From Cetorhinus maximus (taxonomy: Eukaryota), in contig NC_135880.1 of NCBI RefSeq assembly GCF_964194155.1, positions 221,836,001 through 221,900,000 of the forward strand: a DNA stretch of 64,000 nucleotides, read 5' to 3'. The notes under the pieces were generated by a model. The model saw only the letters and a program-made list of their open reading frames with translations. It was not told the DNA's origin and made no database searches. Positions 49,569 through 61,067 of this stretch are shown here, one piece after another; positions within the stretch are counted from its first letter, which is position 1, and each line of letters begins with the position of its first letter. The translations under genes were made by a program, and so were the position numbers.

Positions 49569-49737
49569 GTTCCAAAGGTACAAGATCTATCTGGCATCCA
49601 GAGTTAGCAGAAGCAGTTCCAAAGAATATTATCATATATACAACAGTGGGGATTTTCAGCTTCTTTGTCGCACTGTCTATTATCCTTGTAGGTGTACGGA
49701 AGAAACGTTCAATAAACACAGCACCAAGGAGTCAAAG
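49569..49737 (+). CDS. JAML-like receptor, stalk and transmembrane exon (..NIIIYTTVGIFSFFVALSIILVGVRKKR..)
   Basis: Acceptor cccttcag with phase-1 continuity; ~23-aa hydrophobic stretch followed by RKKR stop-transfer; donor AG|gtaata. Confidence 0.82.
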
Positions 49738-51300
49738 GTAATACATTGAGGAGGGAGAATTTAAATGAGTTTTATTGTTACCTTTCTTTTCACACAAAGA
49801 ATAATTCTGAACTTTCTCCCTCATTTTCTGTGGTCATTAAGCAGAAGAAACTGTCCTGGTGGGCTTGAAGATTTTGAGGTAAGGGTTTTAGTGCAGATTT
49901 TTAATAATCCAGAATATTAAATATTCAGTCACTGAAACTTTAAGATCAATTGCCAACTTCAGGTCAACATGGATTGAATGTTCTTCCAGAGATTCTTCGT
50001 AGTTAGAGGGACATCTACCAAAGACTTCCTTTCCCATCATCGTTGGAAGGTTGATCTGTTTGAGATTTATAGGATAATGAAGAGAATAGATTGTGTCCAA
50101 GTTGACAGTTTGTTCAATATAAATAGATTAGGGAGAACCAGGAATCACAATTTTTATTTTTTATGAGGCTAGACCAAGGTTAGATGTCAGGAGTTGGCTC
50201 TTTTCCCAGAGAATAGTGAACACCCAGAACAGGCTGATGGCTTACTTGGAGGGCACCAATTCACTGAAATCTTTCAAGTAAGAGCTGGACCTGTTCATGG
50301 TTGGGGCAGGCATCACCTCTTACAAAAACTAGTTATTCCAGGGAATTCAGGACCTAGATGAGTTGGAAAAGAATTTCCCAAATGTTTTCCCCCAACTTGG
50401 CTTGGTTTTCAACCTGGTTCCTTTCCTCTCCCAGGAGATTGCATGGCTTTTGGTGGAGTGGAGTGTTCATTTTCTTTTATTCACTATCGGAATATCGCTG
50501 GCAAGGTCAGCATTCATTGTCCATCCCCAATTGCTCTTGGGAAGATAGTACTGCCACCTCCTTGAACCATGTGGTGTAAACACGCTCATAGTACTACTTT
50601 TCTGTAGCAGTTTGGTGCAGCTGAGTGGCCATATCAGAGGGCAGTTAAGAGTCAGCCACATTGCTGTGGGTCTGGAGTCCATGTAGGCCAGACCGGGTAA
50701 GGATGGCAAATTTCCTCGGCTAAAGGACATTGGTGAACCAGATGGGTTTTTACAACAATCCAATAGTTTCATGATCATCATTAATGAAACTAGACTAACA
50801 TTTTTTCCAGATTTATTTATTTGAATTTAAATTTCCACAGCTGCCCTGATGGGATGTGAACTCATTTCTTCTGAGCACTAATAAGGGCCTCTGGGTAACT
50901 AGCCCAGTCATATCACCACTGTGATACCACTATTACAATACTCAAGGTGTAGGCCAGGCTGGTGGAACAGAGGGTCTTTTACAATCAGTCACTACTTGTA
51001 TGTTTGTAAACTTTATCCAGCTTCTAGCCCATATGGTTAACCATGTGAATAAACCACGTTTAAACTCCACAGACTAGAAAGGAGATTGTTTGGACTGGAC
51101 TAAATGAGAGATATAGAATATTAAGTGGTATGGATATTACTTTGAGTGAAATCAGGGTTATGACGGCCAGACATTATACATTTAGATGAGTGAGTATTAA
51201 ATTTAAAACTGGCATTACTTAAGGTGTGAGAAATGTCTGTAATGATCTGTTAGGCAGGGGTGTAGAAATTCTGGGTCCAGTATTTGGGCAGCAGTGGGAT

Positions 51301-51381
51301 ACTGGAGGATCGAGTTTCAGTGGGAATATTGGGGTTCAGGAACTGGAGGATTGAGTTTCAATGGGAATATTGGGGTTCAGG
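51301..51381. repeat. 41-bp tandem duplication
   Basis: actggaggat(c/t)gagtttca(g/a)tgggaatattggggttcagg occurs twice. Confidence 0.8.
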
Positions 51382-51777
51382 GAAGATGGGATTAGATAGC
51401 GGGTTTAGAAGTACTGGAGAGATGGTTTTTATTAACCTAATGGGGTTTTCTTATCCTTGACTGCTTTTGGTATGGTGATGTGATCAGCTATTTACCACAT
51501 AAGATCTTTAAATTTGCTGTCTGCTTCTATTCCAAAAACTTTTGAGAATTATCTCAACTGTTGGGTGGTGTTGGAGACAATTGTTATTCAGAGATATTTG
51601 TTTCATTGCTTCAGTTTCCTCCTTTACTCTTCTGAAAGTCCTGGTCCACAGGCACTGTCAGCTTCCAGCATTGTAGTGAAGCCAATCATTCCTCACATAG
51701 GAATCTAAACAGTGAATGTTGGCAAGTTATACCATCAAGGAATAAATGCTGCGCCTGGCTCTGTCTTTACCTGGCAG

Positions 51778-51856
51778 TAATTCTCCAGAAGGAATCATTA
51801 GATCAGGGGCAGGAACGACAGCTGATGTTCCTCCGACAGGGGCTCAGAAGTCAAAT
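51778..51856 (+). CDS. JAML-like receptor, candidate cytoplasmic exon (SNSPEGIIRSGAGTTADVPPTGAQKSN)
   Basis: Acceptor ctgtctttacctggcag; weak donor AAT|gtgcgg. Chosen because it bridges phase 2 to phase 0. Confidence 0.45.
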
Positions 51857-52050
51857 GTGCGGCTCTAATTCAGCTGAAAGCAGCTGGTCAATGATGGGAC
51901 CTGGGCCAGAGTGTTGCGTCCCACACAACCTGGACCCAATGAGGCATTGGAGAAGCACAAGAGGGGATTGGGAGGACCTAAAATAGAAAGGGAAAGGCTA
52001 GAGAATAGCCAGTTATAACTCATTAAACTAATATGTTCACCAACAATCAG

Positions 52051-52176
52051 GACACAGACCGTTACGTCACTGTGACCAGCAGACACCCGTTCCAGATTGA
52101 CAGAGAAAATAAAGCCATGATGGCAATGAAAACTAAGGAGTCAAAGACTGGTGAAGAAGAAATTTATGTAACAATG
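52051..52176 (+). CDS. JAML-like receptor, cytoplasmic exon (DTDRYVTVTSRHPFQIDRENKAMMAMKTKESKTGEEEIYVTM)
   Basis: Strong donor ATG|gtaagg directly after a YxxM motif. The acceptor is uncertain: 52051, or 52104 if the previous exon is skipped. Confidence 0.65.
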
Positions 52177-55171
52177 GTAAGGGGAACAATTACTTCAGCA
52201 TGATTTAAGTATTTGACATTGCACAGTGCCTGCATGACTAGCTGATATTCATAGTGAGGAATAAATCATGGAAACACAGAAAGTTTTACGGCACTAAAGG
52301 AGGCCATTCGGCCCATTGTGTCTGTGCCAGCTGTAAAATCCAATCTAATCCCACCTCCTAGCTCTTGGTCCATAGCCCTGTACCTTATAGCACCTCAAGT
52401 GTATATCCAAGTATTATTTTTTCAGAGCTATCCATCCATTGGATGCACACGTTGTGTAAAGGCATTTTGGTAACAGAAACTGGCCGGCAGGTTCATCGCT
52501 CTTTGAGTAATCTCAATCCCACCTACTCAATTTGCTACCATATCCCTTAATCGTACCCACTCACCTTTCCATTCTATCTCTCAATCCTTTTTTCACCAAT
52601 TCACTCACTCCCATGTCCCCTCTCCTCATCAAATCCCTCAACTCCTTCCTTTCTCCAAAAGTATAGCCACAGTACGTTCCCTCGATCAAGGGCCTGATTG
52701 AACTTGACATGGGGAAGGTGAGCCTGCTGAGAGCCAGGTGTATGCTGTCTGATCCCCTGGGCTAGGCTGCCAATTTATGCTCCAATTCAATTCCTCTTTG
52801 TGTCAGAAAGTTCACCGTGATTTCCCTTCTTATTCTTCTTTCTCTTGTTTGTCACTTGGGTCCACTGGGATGTGAACAATTTGTCCAATTCAGTATTGCT
52901 GGTCCCACAGGACGGGATGTTGTTGAGGCATCAGGGTCCTGCCTGCCACCTGAAGAGCCGGCAAGAAACCTGCGCTGCCTGTTTTTGTGAAGGCTCCCCC
53001 CACCAACTCTAAACACAAGCCAATCAGGCAGTGATAAGGCCAGAGGTGGGCTTTCCCCTGGAATCAAGACCCCAAGGGCGCAAGCCTCACCTACCGAGAG
53101 CTGCTGGCCAATCAGAGGTTCTCAGCAGCGCCACAGTGGAGGCCCAGGATCGTGGAGTGGCCCAGGCCACAGGTAAACAAGGTCGAAATGGCAGGGAGAG
53201 GGGTGTGGCGGGGTCAGCAGCAAGAGCCGGGATGGGGGACTGGGGTGGCTCTCAGTGGGCTTGCCTTCCTGGTGTCGAGTTCGATCTGGCACTAAGTGCC
53301 TTTGATTGAGGGACCACAACTCCCCCATTCCTCCCCTCCCCCTACCATCCATCCCCAGAGCTGATAAGCTGGCTGCACAGTTTTAGCTGCTGTGCACACT
53401 GCATAGCGACAGGCCCAGGGTTAATGCCAGGGAGGCTGTTAAGCCATTATTAACTAGCCACTTAAGGGCCTCACTTGGTACTGAGGTAGGAAGTTCAACC
53501 ATGTGCCTTCCTTCCCAGGACTTAATTCTGGGCGAGACAGGAAGGTGGTGGAATTCCAGCACACCACCGTCCCACCTAATTTCACACCTTTTCCCGCCTC
53601 CAGAGGGCAGAAAATTCCACCCATAATCTCAAACATTTCACGGTCAAAGACTTCTCCAAAGGAAATAAGGTCACATCCATTAAAAAAGCCTTGATTCCTA
53701 ATACAAGGAATTATCACTTCTATATCCTCTCAATGTACCTTCTCAGGCCCTGAGGTTCCCAACACTAAAGGATTGGAGTCTCCAGGAATTGAAGATTGAT
53801 CTCCTGGACATCACTTCAAGTAATCGTGGAGAAAAACTATGCAGCTCTAAAAAAAATTCATATTCTTTTAACACTTTTGTTTCATAGTTATAAAAATATC
53901 AGATATGGGGAAAAATTGCTGACAGACAGCCAAGAATAATTTGGGAAGGCAATGTGCCATGAGGATTGTTGGGCAACCAATAGTGGGCGTGGATGGATCA
54001 TTCGATGACACCTCCAGGAATACATCCAACCAGAGTTGGCAACCCTAGTCACAGCCCCAGCCAACTTTATCTTCATTGGATACTTACATGAGTGAACCTT
54101 TATAGAAAGAAGATCTTGCATTTATACAGCACCTTACATGAACTCAAGGTGTCCCAAAGCACTTTACAGCCTTTTACTTAAGTGTAGTCACTGTTGTAAT
54201 GTAGGGAACCAGGCATCCAATTTACACACAGCAGGATCCCACAAATAGCAATGTGATAACATCAGACAATCTGTTTTGTTAGTGGTGTTGGTTGAGGGGT
54301 TAGTGTTGGCCGGGGCATTGGGAAGAACATATCCTGACAGGTGAGATTACTGCCCATTGAGCCATGGCTGACACAGAAAGGGTTCACAGGTTAAAGGCCA
54401 GAAAAATGGGTCTTGGTGAGTCTTCTCCTCCTGAACCTAGGACCAACTAAGACCAACTTTGGCACCTCAATTTATGTTGGAGTCAGTGTAAAGAAGGAAA
54501 GACTTACATTTATATACTTTTCACAACCTCAGGATACAAAACACGTCACAACCGGTGAAGTACTTTTGAAATGTAGTCACAGTTGTGCTGTGGGAAAATA
54601 TGGCAGCCAATTGGTGCACAGGAAGCTCCAAAAAAAAGTCATGAGATAAATGCCCAGTTGGACTGTTTTGTTGGTGTTGGTTGACCATACACCAAGGGTT
54701 AAATCTATGACCTTACCAGTCTCTGTGCGATGGCTACTCATCAGGGGAGCAGTTTCTTAATTGGTAAAAGTTCCACCTCATGAAACAGTCCTCTTGAGGG
54801 GATTCAGGATAATAGACACTTCCAAGCTGGGAGAAGAAATATGTATATTTTAAGTAACTTCGGTCCTTCCCTGATATATTCAAGATTAAGGGCTGTGATT
54901 GTGTTACACCATGTGCATTGCAAATTAATTTCCGATCTGTTCCTCAGACAAGCCAATGGCTGGTACATATTATGGGGACAATTTGGCAGGATCATGCCTT
55001 GGGGGGTCTCACCCACCTGTTGTATATTTTGGGAGGTCATGGAGCAGTGCAGTGATTTTCCCAGATGAACTATTCTGCCCATGAGGGAAAACTCAGAAAA
55101 TTAGCCTGGAGTGTGAAAATTATCCCGTGTGTTTTGTACCTAAGGTTTTCCTGTCTCTCTTTTGTCCCCAG

Positions 55172-55255
55172 CGCTCGTTCGTAGGAACTGGGAAATCCAA
55201 TGACCTTCCTAAACCTATCGTACTCAGTGATCCTATTTATGGAGAATGTGGGTAA
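55172..55255 (+). CDS. JAML-like receptor, last coding exon (RSFVGTGKSNDLPKPIVLSDPIYGECG*)
   Basis: Very strong pyrimidine tract plus cag acceptor, phase 0, TAA stop, AATAAA at 55555. Confidence 0.65.
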   Translation, partial: RSFVGTGKSNDLPKPIVLSDPIYGECG

Positions 55256-55936
55256 TCCCACCCTATGGATTTTCTAGAATCTAGCAGATCATTGGAACTT
55301 TTTGAGGCTGTATTCATCACTTTGTTAACAGCAAATAGACACCTACAATTCTTCAAGACTGTGTTCGATGGATCTGGTTTGATGGAGTGACTGAAATTCC
55401 TTCCACAAGACTGGTTCCCTAAATTTTCATTTTTTTTCAGCCTTTTTCAAAACCAACTGGTTCTGTTTTATTGCATTAAGAAGCACAATCCCACTTCCGG
55501 CTCTAACTTTGAAAATATTATATTTTAATGTTTGCAAAGAGATAACTGTGAATGAATAAATATTCTGTGTTTTGTCCATATCTCTAGTTCTGGATGGTGG
55601 TGTTAAGGGGATACCACTTCAGTGAAAAAACTTGTATCAAATTTGTTTCTATTTTGCTTAGAAGCTGGGGACGAAGTTCAAAACGAGTCAATTTTTGTCA
55701 TGAACTCAAATGTGTTTCAGTGACACTTTCCAATCCGGTTTTTGTGCTGTTGAGTACCTGTAAACAAACAAAATGTTTGCTATCACTCATGAAGAATATG
55801 CCCCTTCAACGCAGTTAGACAGTGTAGTTTTGAATTCTGTTTGTTCTGTGTACTAAATCTCATAGAGGAAGTAATCACATCAGATACAAAAACAGAAAAT
55901 GCTGGAAATACTTGGCAAATCTCACAGCATCTATGG

Positions 55937-56425
55937 CAAGGGTGGGGAACCTTTCTCTTATCACGGACCTTGATTGGTAAGGGGATCAAAGGTTACGGGG
56001 AGAAGGCGGGAGAATGGGGTTGGGAAACCTATCAGCCATGATTGAATGGCGGAGCAGACTCGATGGGCCGAATGGCCTAATTTCTGCTCCTATGTCTTAT
56101 GGTCTTATTCACACATGGACAAAATTAGTCGTGGGCCACACACACCTAAAAATCAACTTAATTTAGTTTCTTTAGAGGGAACACAGAAACGTTCAACTCA
56201 CCCGCTGTTTTAATGCGATGGCTGAATTTGGACATTATGTTGTTAAGTATTATTATAGTAATTTAGCTGACACTTTTATCCAAAGCAAATTCGTAACAAT
56301 GATGGTAAATGTTATTTTGAAGGCACCACTGTCATAGGTCTATATTTTTAGAAATCTTGCTGTGGCCAAATGAAATTGAGCAATGGGGCAGATCCGACCC
56401 GTTGGCCATAGATTCCCCAACCCTG
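55937..56425. mobile_element. hAT (Charlie-like) MITE inside a Penelope fold-back, itself carrying a CR1 3' end
   Basis: TIRs caagggtggggaacc / gattccccaaccctg; 8-bp TSD atctatgg/gtctatgg. Confidence 0.7.
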
Positions 56426-58166
56426 GTCTATGGAGAGAGAAACAGAGTTAACGTTTCAGATCAATGACCTTTTATCGGAACGATGAAAGATCACACAGCT
56501 GAAATGTCAACTCTTTTCTCTCTCCACTGATGATGCCTGGCCTGCTGAATATTTCCAGCATTTTCTGTTTTTATTTTAGATTTCCTGCATTCGCGTTGTT
56601 TTGCTTTTGGATTCATATCAGAGTTGCCTCCTAGCCTTTTCTCCCCCTTCTATAGCAACACTTAGAAAATATTTGCATTTATATAGCACCTTCCCTCAGG
56701 CTCAGGATGCCCTAAAGCACTTTCCAACCCATTGGGTTCTTTTTAAGTGCAGCCACTGTTATAACGTAGGAAACAGGACAGATAATTTGTGCACATCAAA
56801 CATGTGATCATGCCCAGGTAACCTGCTTTTTGTGATGTTGCCTGAGGGAGAAATATTGGCCAGGAAACCAGGGATAATTCCCCTGCTCTCCTTTGAAATA
56901 GTGCTGTACAATCTTCTACAGTCACCTTAATCGTATGTCTTGATGGGGGAAGATGGTGGCATAGTGACAATGTCACTGGACCCAGTGACCCAGGAGATTG
57001 ATCTGGGGGCATGGTACAAATCCCACCATAGCAATTGGTGGGATTTAAATGAATAAAATTTGGAATTGAAAGCTAGTCTCACCAGTAATGGTGACCATTA
57101 AAAAAAAACATCTGGTCCACTAAAGTCCCTTAGGGAAGGAAATTACCTGTCCTTAACTTACCTGGTCTGGCCTACATGTGTTCCAGCAATGTGCCCTCTT
57201 AACTGCCCCCTGTGGCCTAACACACCAGTCAGTTCAAGGGCATTTAGAGCCTTGTCTGCAATGCCCATGTCTTATCAAAGAATTTTAAAAGAACTAAAGT
57301 TGGCACCTCCAACACTGTAGTGCTCCCTTAGTACTGGACTAGTAATGTCAGCTTAGATTTTGTGTTCAGCTGCCTGGAGTGGAACTTGAACTCGCAACCT
57401 CCTCAACTAGAAGAAAAGTGGGCCACATCCCATGATTACCTCCCTCCCCCCACCAATATCTTTTCAAAAGGAGTCACGAAATAACGATCAAAACAGTGTC
57501 ACTACCTCTCAGCCACGGTGATGCAACAGCAAATTGTAGCAACCAGACACTTGCTCTATCTACCAGCAACTTATTCAGCCAACACTGGTGATTAAAATAT
57601 CTTTACAAATGATAGTGGAAGTGAGAATGTGGGTGTACAAGAGAAGGACAGGGAAATCAGTTGTAACCTCACAAAGAAAATGATTCTGAAAAGAAATGAG
57701 CAAAAATCAGCTGATAAGTCACAGGGCCCTAACCACATATCCCTGGGGTTGTTGAAAGAAATTGCAGAAGGTTGGGGCCATAATTCCTCATTAAATATAT
57801 GAATTGTGTGGTTTGATCGGAGGATAATGAATGTAACGCTCTTGTTCAAAACAGATAAACCAGTTAACTACAGACCACTAAGTTCAATGTCAATTCTGAT
57901 CAAATTCTTTGAACCCCATTATTTGAGATCAAATTAATGACCACCTGGAAATGAAAGGATTAACTGAGGGCGGGTTTGTTAAAAGCAAGTTACATTTGCC
58001 AAATTTAACATGTTTTTTTTTAAAGAAGGAACTGATTGACTAGATAAAGTAAATGTGGTGAATGCAGATTTTTCAGATGACCTTTGATACGAAGTCTCAC
58101 AGGAGGCTTGTTACAATAGTTCAGGTTGCTGACAGGATGAGAAGATTTGAACAGCACGGATTGAAA

Positions 58167-59367
58167 TAAAAACAGAAAACGTTGGAAAAACTCAGCGGGT
58201 CTGGCAGCATCTGTGGAGAGAGAAACAGAGCTAACGTTTCAAGTCCATATGACTCGTCTTCAGAGCTAAAGGGAAGTAGAAATGTGATGGATTTTACACT
58301 GTTTAAGAGGGGGAGGAGCAGGTGGAGCAAAATAGAAGGTCAGGGATAGGTGGGAGGTCAGGAGAGATTTGACAAAGATGTCATGGACACAAGACCAAGG
58401 GAGTGGTAACGGTAGTGTTAAAGATTAAAGAAGGTGCTGATAGTGGCATAAGGGTAAGATAGCAGAATGTGTTAATAGTAGAACAAGGGTCAGCGCTCAG
58501 TGAAAGCACAACATAGACACAAGTGACAGATGGCCCTGTGGCAGGGTGGGGGTTTGGGGGGAAAAAAGATTTTAAAAATAAATAAATAAATAAATAATGA
58601 GAATAAAAAGTAAAAATAAAACTAAAAAATTTAAAATTGGATTATAAAAGGGAGGAGAGAGTTCATGTTATGAAGTTGTTGAACTCAATCAGAAGGAGGT
58701 GCTGTTCCTCCAGTTTGCATTGCGTTTCAGTGGAACATCGCAGCAGGCCCAAGGACAGACACGTGGGCATGAGGGCAGGGCGGTGTGTTGAAATGGCAAG
58801 CGACAGGGAGGTCTGGGTTGTGCTCGTGGACTGAGCGAAGGTGTTCTGCAAAGTGGCCACCCAATCTGTGCATTGGGAGCAACGAATATAGTAGACTAAA
58901 TTGAAGGAGGTGCAAGTAAAGTTCTGCTTCACCTGAAATAGTGTTTGGGGCCTTGGGCAGTGAGGAGGGAGAAGGTAAAGGGGAAGATGTTACCCCTTCT
59001 GCGATTGCATGGGAAGGTGCTGTGGGAAGGGGATGAGGAATTGGGGGTGATGGAGGAGTGGACCAGAGTGTCACAAAGGGAATGGTCCCTACAGAATGTT
59101 GACAGTGGTGTGGGGGGTGGTGGTGGTAAGGGGAAGATGTGTTTGGTGGTGGCATCATGCTGGGGAGTTGGCAGAAATGGCAGAGAAAGATCCTTTGAAT
59201 GAGGAGGTTGGTGGGGTGAAAAGGGAGGACGAGGGGGACCCTAACATGGACTTGAAACTTTAACTCTGTTTCTCTCTCCACAGATGCTGCCAGATCTGCT
59301 GAGCTTTTCCAGCATTTTCTGTTTTGATTTCAGATTTCCAGCATCTGCAGTATTTTATTTTTATATT
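58167..59367 (-). mobile_element. Penelope-like element with inverted 5' pLTR, inserted in a plus-strand CR1 remnant (~57590-59660)
   Basis: GIY-YIG remnants (FTCTSFNLVYYIRCSQC; HFAEHLRSV); pLTRs at both ends in inverted orientation; 14-bp TSD agca(c/t)ggattgaaa. Confidence 0.88.
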
Positions 59368-59849
59368 AGCATGGATTGAAAGTTAGTTGGGGGATAAAAA
59401 GTGGGATAAATTGATGTTCCATTGACTGGAGAAGGTGTGGAAGCCGTGCACCCCAGGGGACAATTTGGGATACCCTTGCACCTTTGTTGAGTACAGATGA
59501 TTTGGAATAGGAACCATGATATTGAGCAATGCAAAAATTGGAAGGTTTCAAGAATTAAGGAGGATACTAAAAGACATCAGTGAAATGGGCAGGCAGGTGG
59601 CAGATGCAGTTTTATTTTAAGAGGTAAAACATTCTGGCAGCCAACGAAAAGATAATGAAGGGTGTGTATACATGAACAGAGAGGGGCCCAAGAATTCAAC
59701 AATATAATTACCTTAAGGTGTGAGTGCTGTAGATAAATTTGAGTATTGCTGAAGGGACAAGCTGTTGAAGCTATCCAGCTTGCACTCACCAGCACAAGTG
59801 CAAGAATGCCAAATTTCAAAGGGAGCAACAATTTATATTGCTTGAGAAA

Positions 59850-60295
59850 AGGGTGCTGATTGGCTAGCAAGTTGACTCTAATTGGTCAAAGAGTTGCCAT
59901 GGACAATGCACCAGGGAACTATTGCACCCCCCCCACCCCATATTTCTGTTTAATTCAAAAAAGGTGCAATGCCTGGAAAACTTCCTTTTGCCTGCAGATG
60001 ACAGATCCCTGTGTATGATTACGTGTAACTTCTAGCAAGCGTAAGTGAGCCACATTGTGAGCCTGACTGATAACCTTAAATTGGTTGTTAGTGTAATTAT
60101 TGGCACACTCAGGATTTTTCAGCAAGTGATGTCCAATTGTGGAATCACATCTAATGTTAGACATTGTGTTCTGAGATTTGCAAGTATGGGTTGGCTAAAT
60201 ATGGTTAGTATTCTGCCTATTGGGAACAGCTGAAGGGAAGAGCTGTTTGATACGATCCACCAGTCATTCAGACTTGTGGCCTACGTACCTGTATA
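59850..60295 (-). mobile_element. GIY-YIG fragment of a second Penelope family
   Basis: DSTIGHHLLKNPECA..FKVI..LRLLE..ICRQKE. Confidence 0.7.
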
Positions 60296-60656
60296 GCAGA
60301 TAAACTATGAAAAGGCCAACACATTTTGGGTTTTATAAATGGAACACAGACTGAAGCAATAAAGGAGATGAGGATAAAATTTACACAAGACCACAGATAG
60401 TGTATTGTAGTTTTGAGTACCTTATTATAGGAAGCACATTAAATATCAGACTGCAGACAGCACAGGTTCCCAGGATAAAATGAAGGATGGGAAACTATAG
60501 TTTATAGGGATGGATTCGAGACATTGAGATATTCAATGTTTATTGACATTTGAGACACTGTGACCATTTCCTTAGGAGCAAAGAAAGCTAAGAGGGGATT
60601 CAAAAGAGGCTTTTAAAATTGTGAGGATTTTTGATAGAATGAATAGGGAGTAACTA

Positions 60657-60900
60657 TGGAAGAGGTAGAGGGAAAGGGGGAGGGGGATAACGAGAGAGGA
60701 AGGGGGAAAACGAGAGAGGAAGGGGGAAGGGGTGGAGGAGGGTATGGGAGAGGGGGAGGGACGGAGAAGGGGATGCAGAAAGGGAGAAGGGGAGAAGGGA
60801 TGAGGAGAGGGAGAGGGGATGAGGAGGGAGAGGGAAAAGAGGGGAGGGGGGAAGTGATGCAAACACAAACTGCAGATAGAACCAGGGCAGGGCGAAGGAG
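60657..60900 (+). repeat. polypurine (GA-rich) low-complexity tract
   Basis: Almost exclusively G/A over ~200 bp. Confidence 0.8.
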
Positions 60901-61067
60901 GTAAATTCAATGAGTTGGAGGAGGGATTAAATCATCATTTAGATTATGAATTTTCATAAATAAAAGCAACAGAATGGAAAGGAAGTAAATAGGCAAGTCA
61001 GTTTGAATAATTTTAATTTCAGAATGTATTTTATACAGTATTTACAGCATAGAAACAGGCCAAACAG

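Noticed and set aside
60572-60910. Pro/Ser- or Gly/Arg/Glu-rich ORFs
   Set aside because: Low-complexity polypurine tract.
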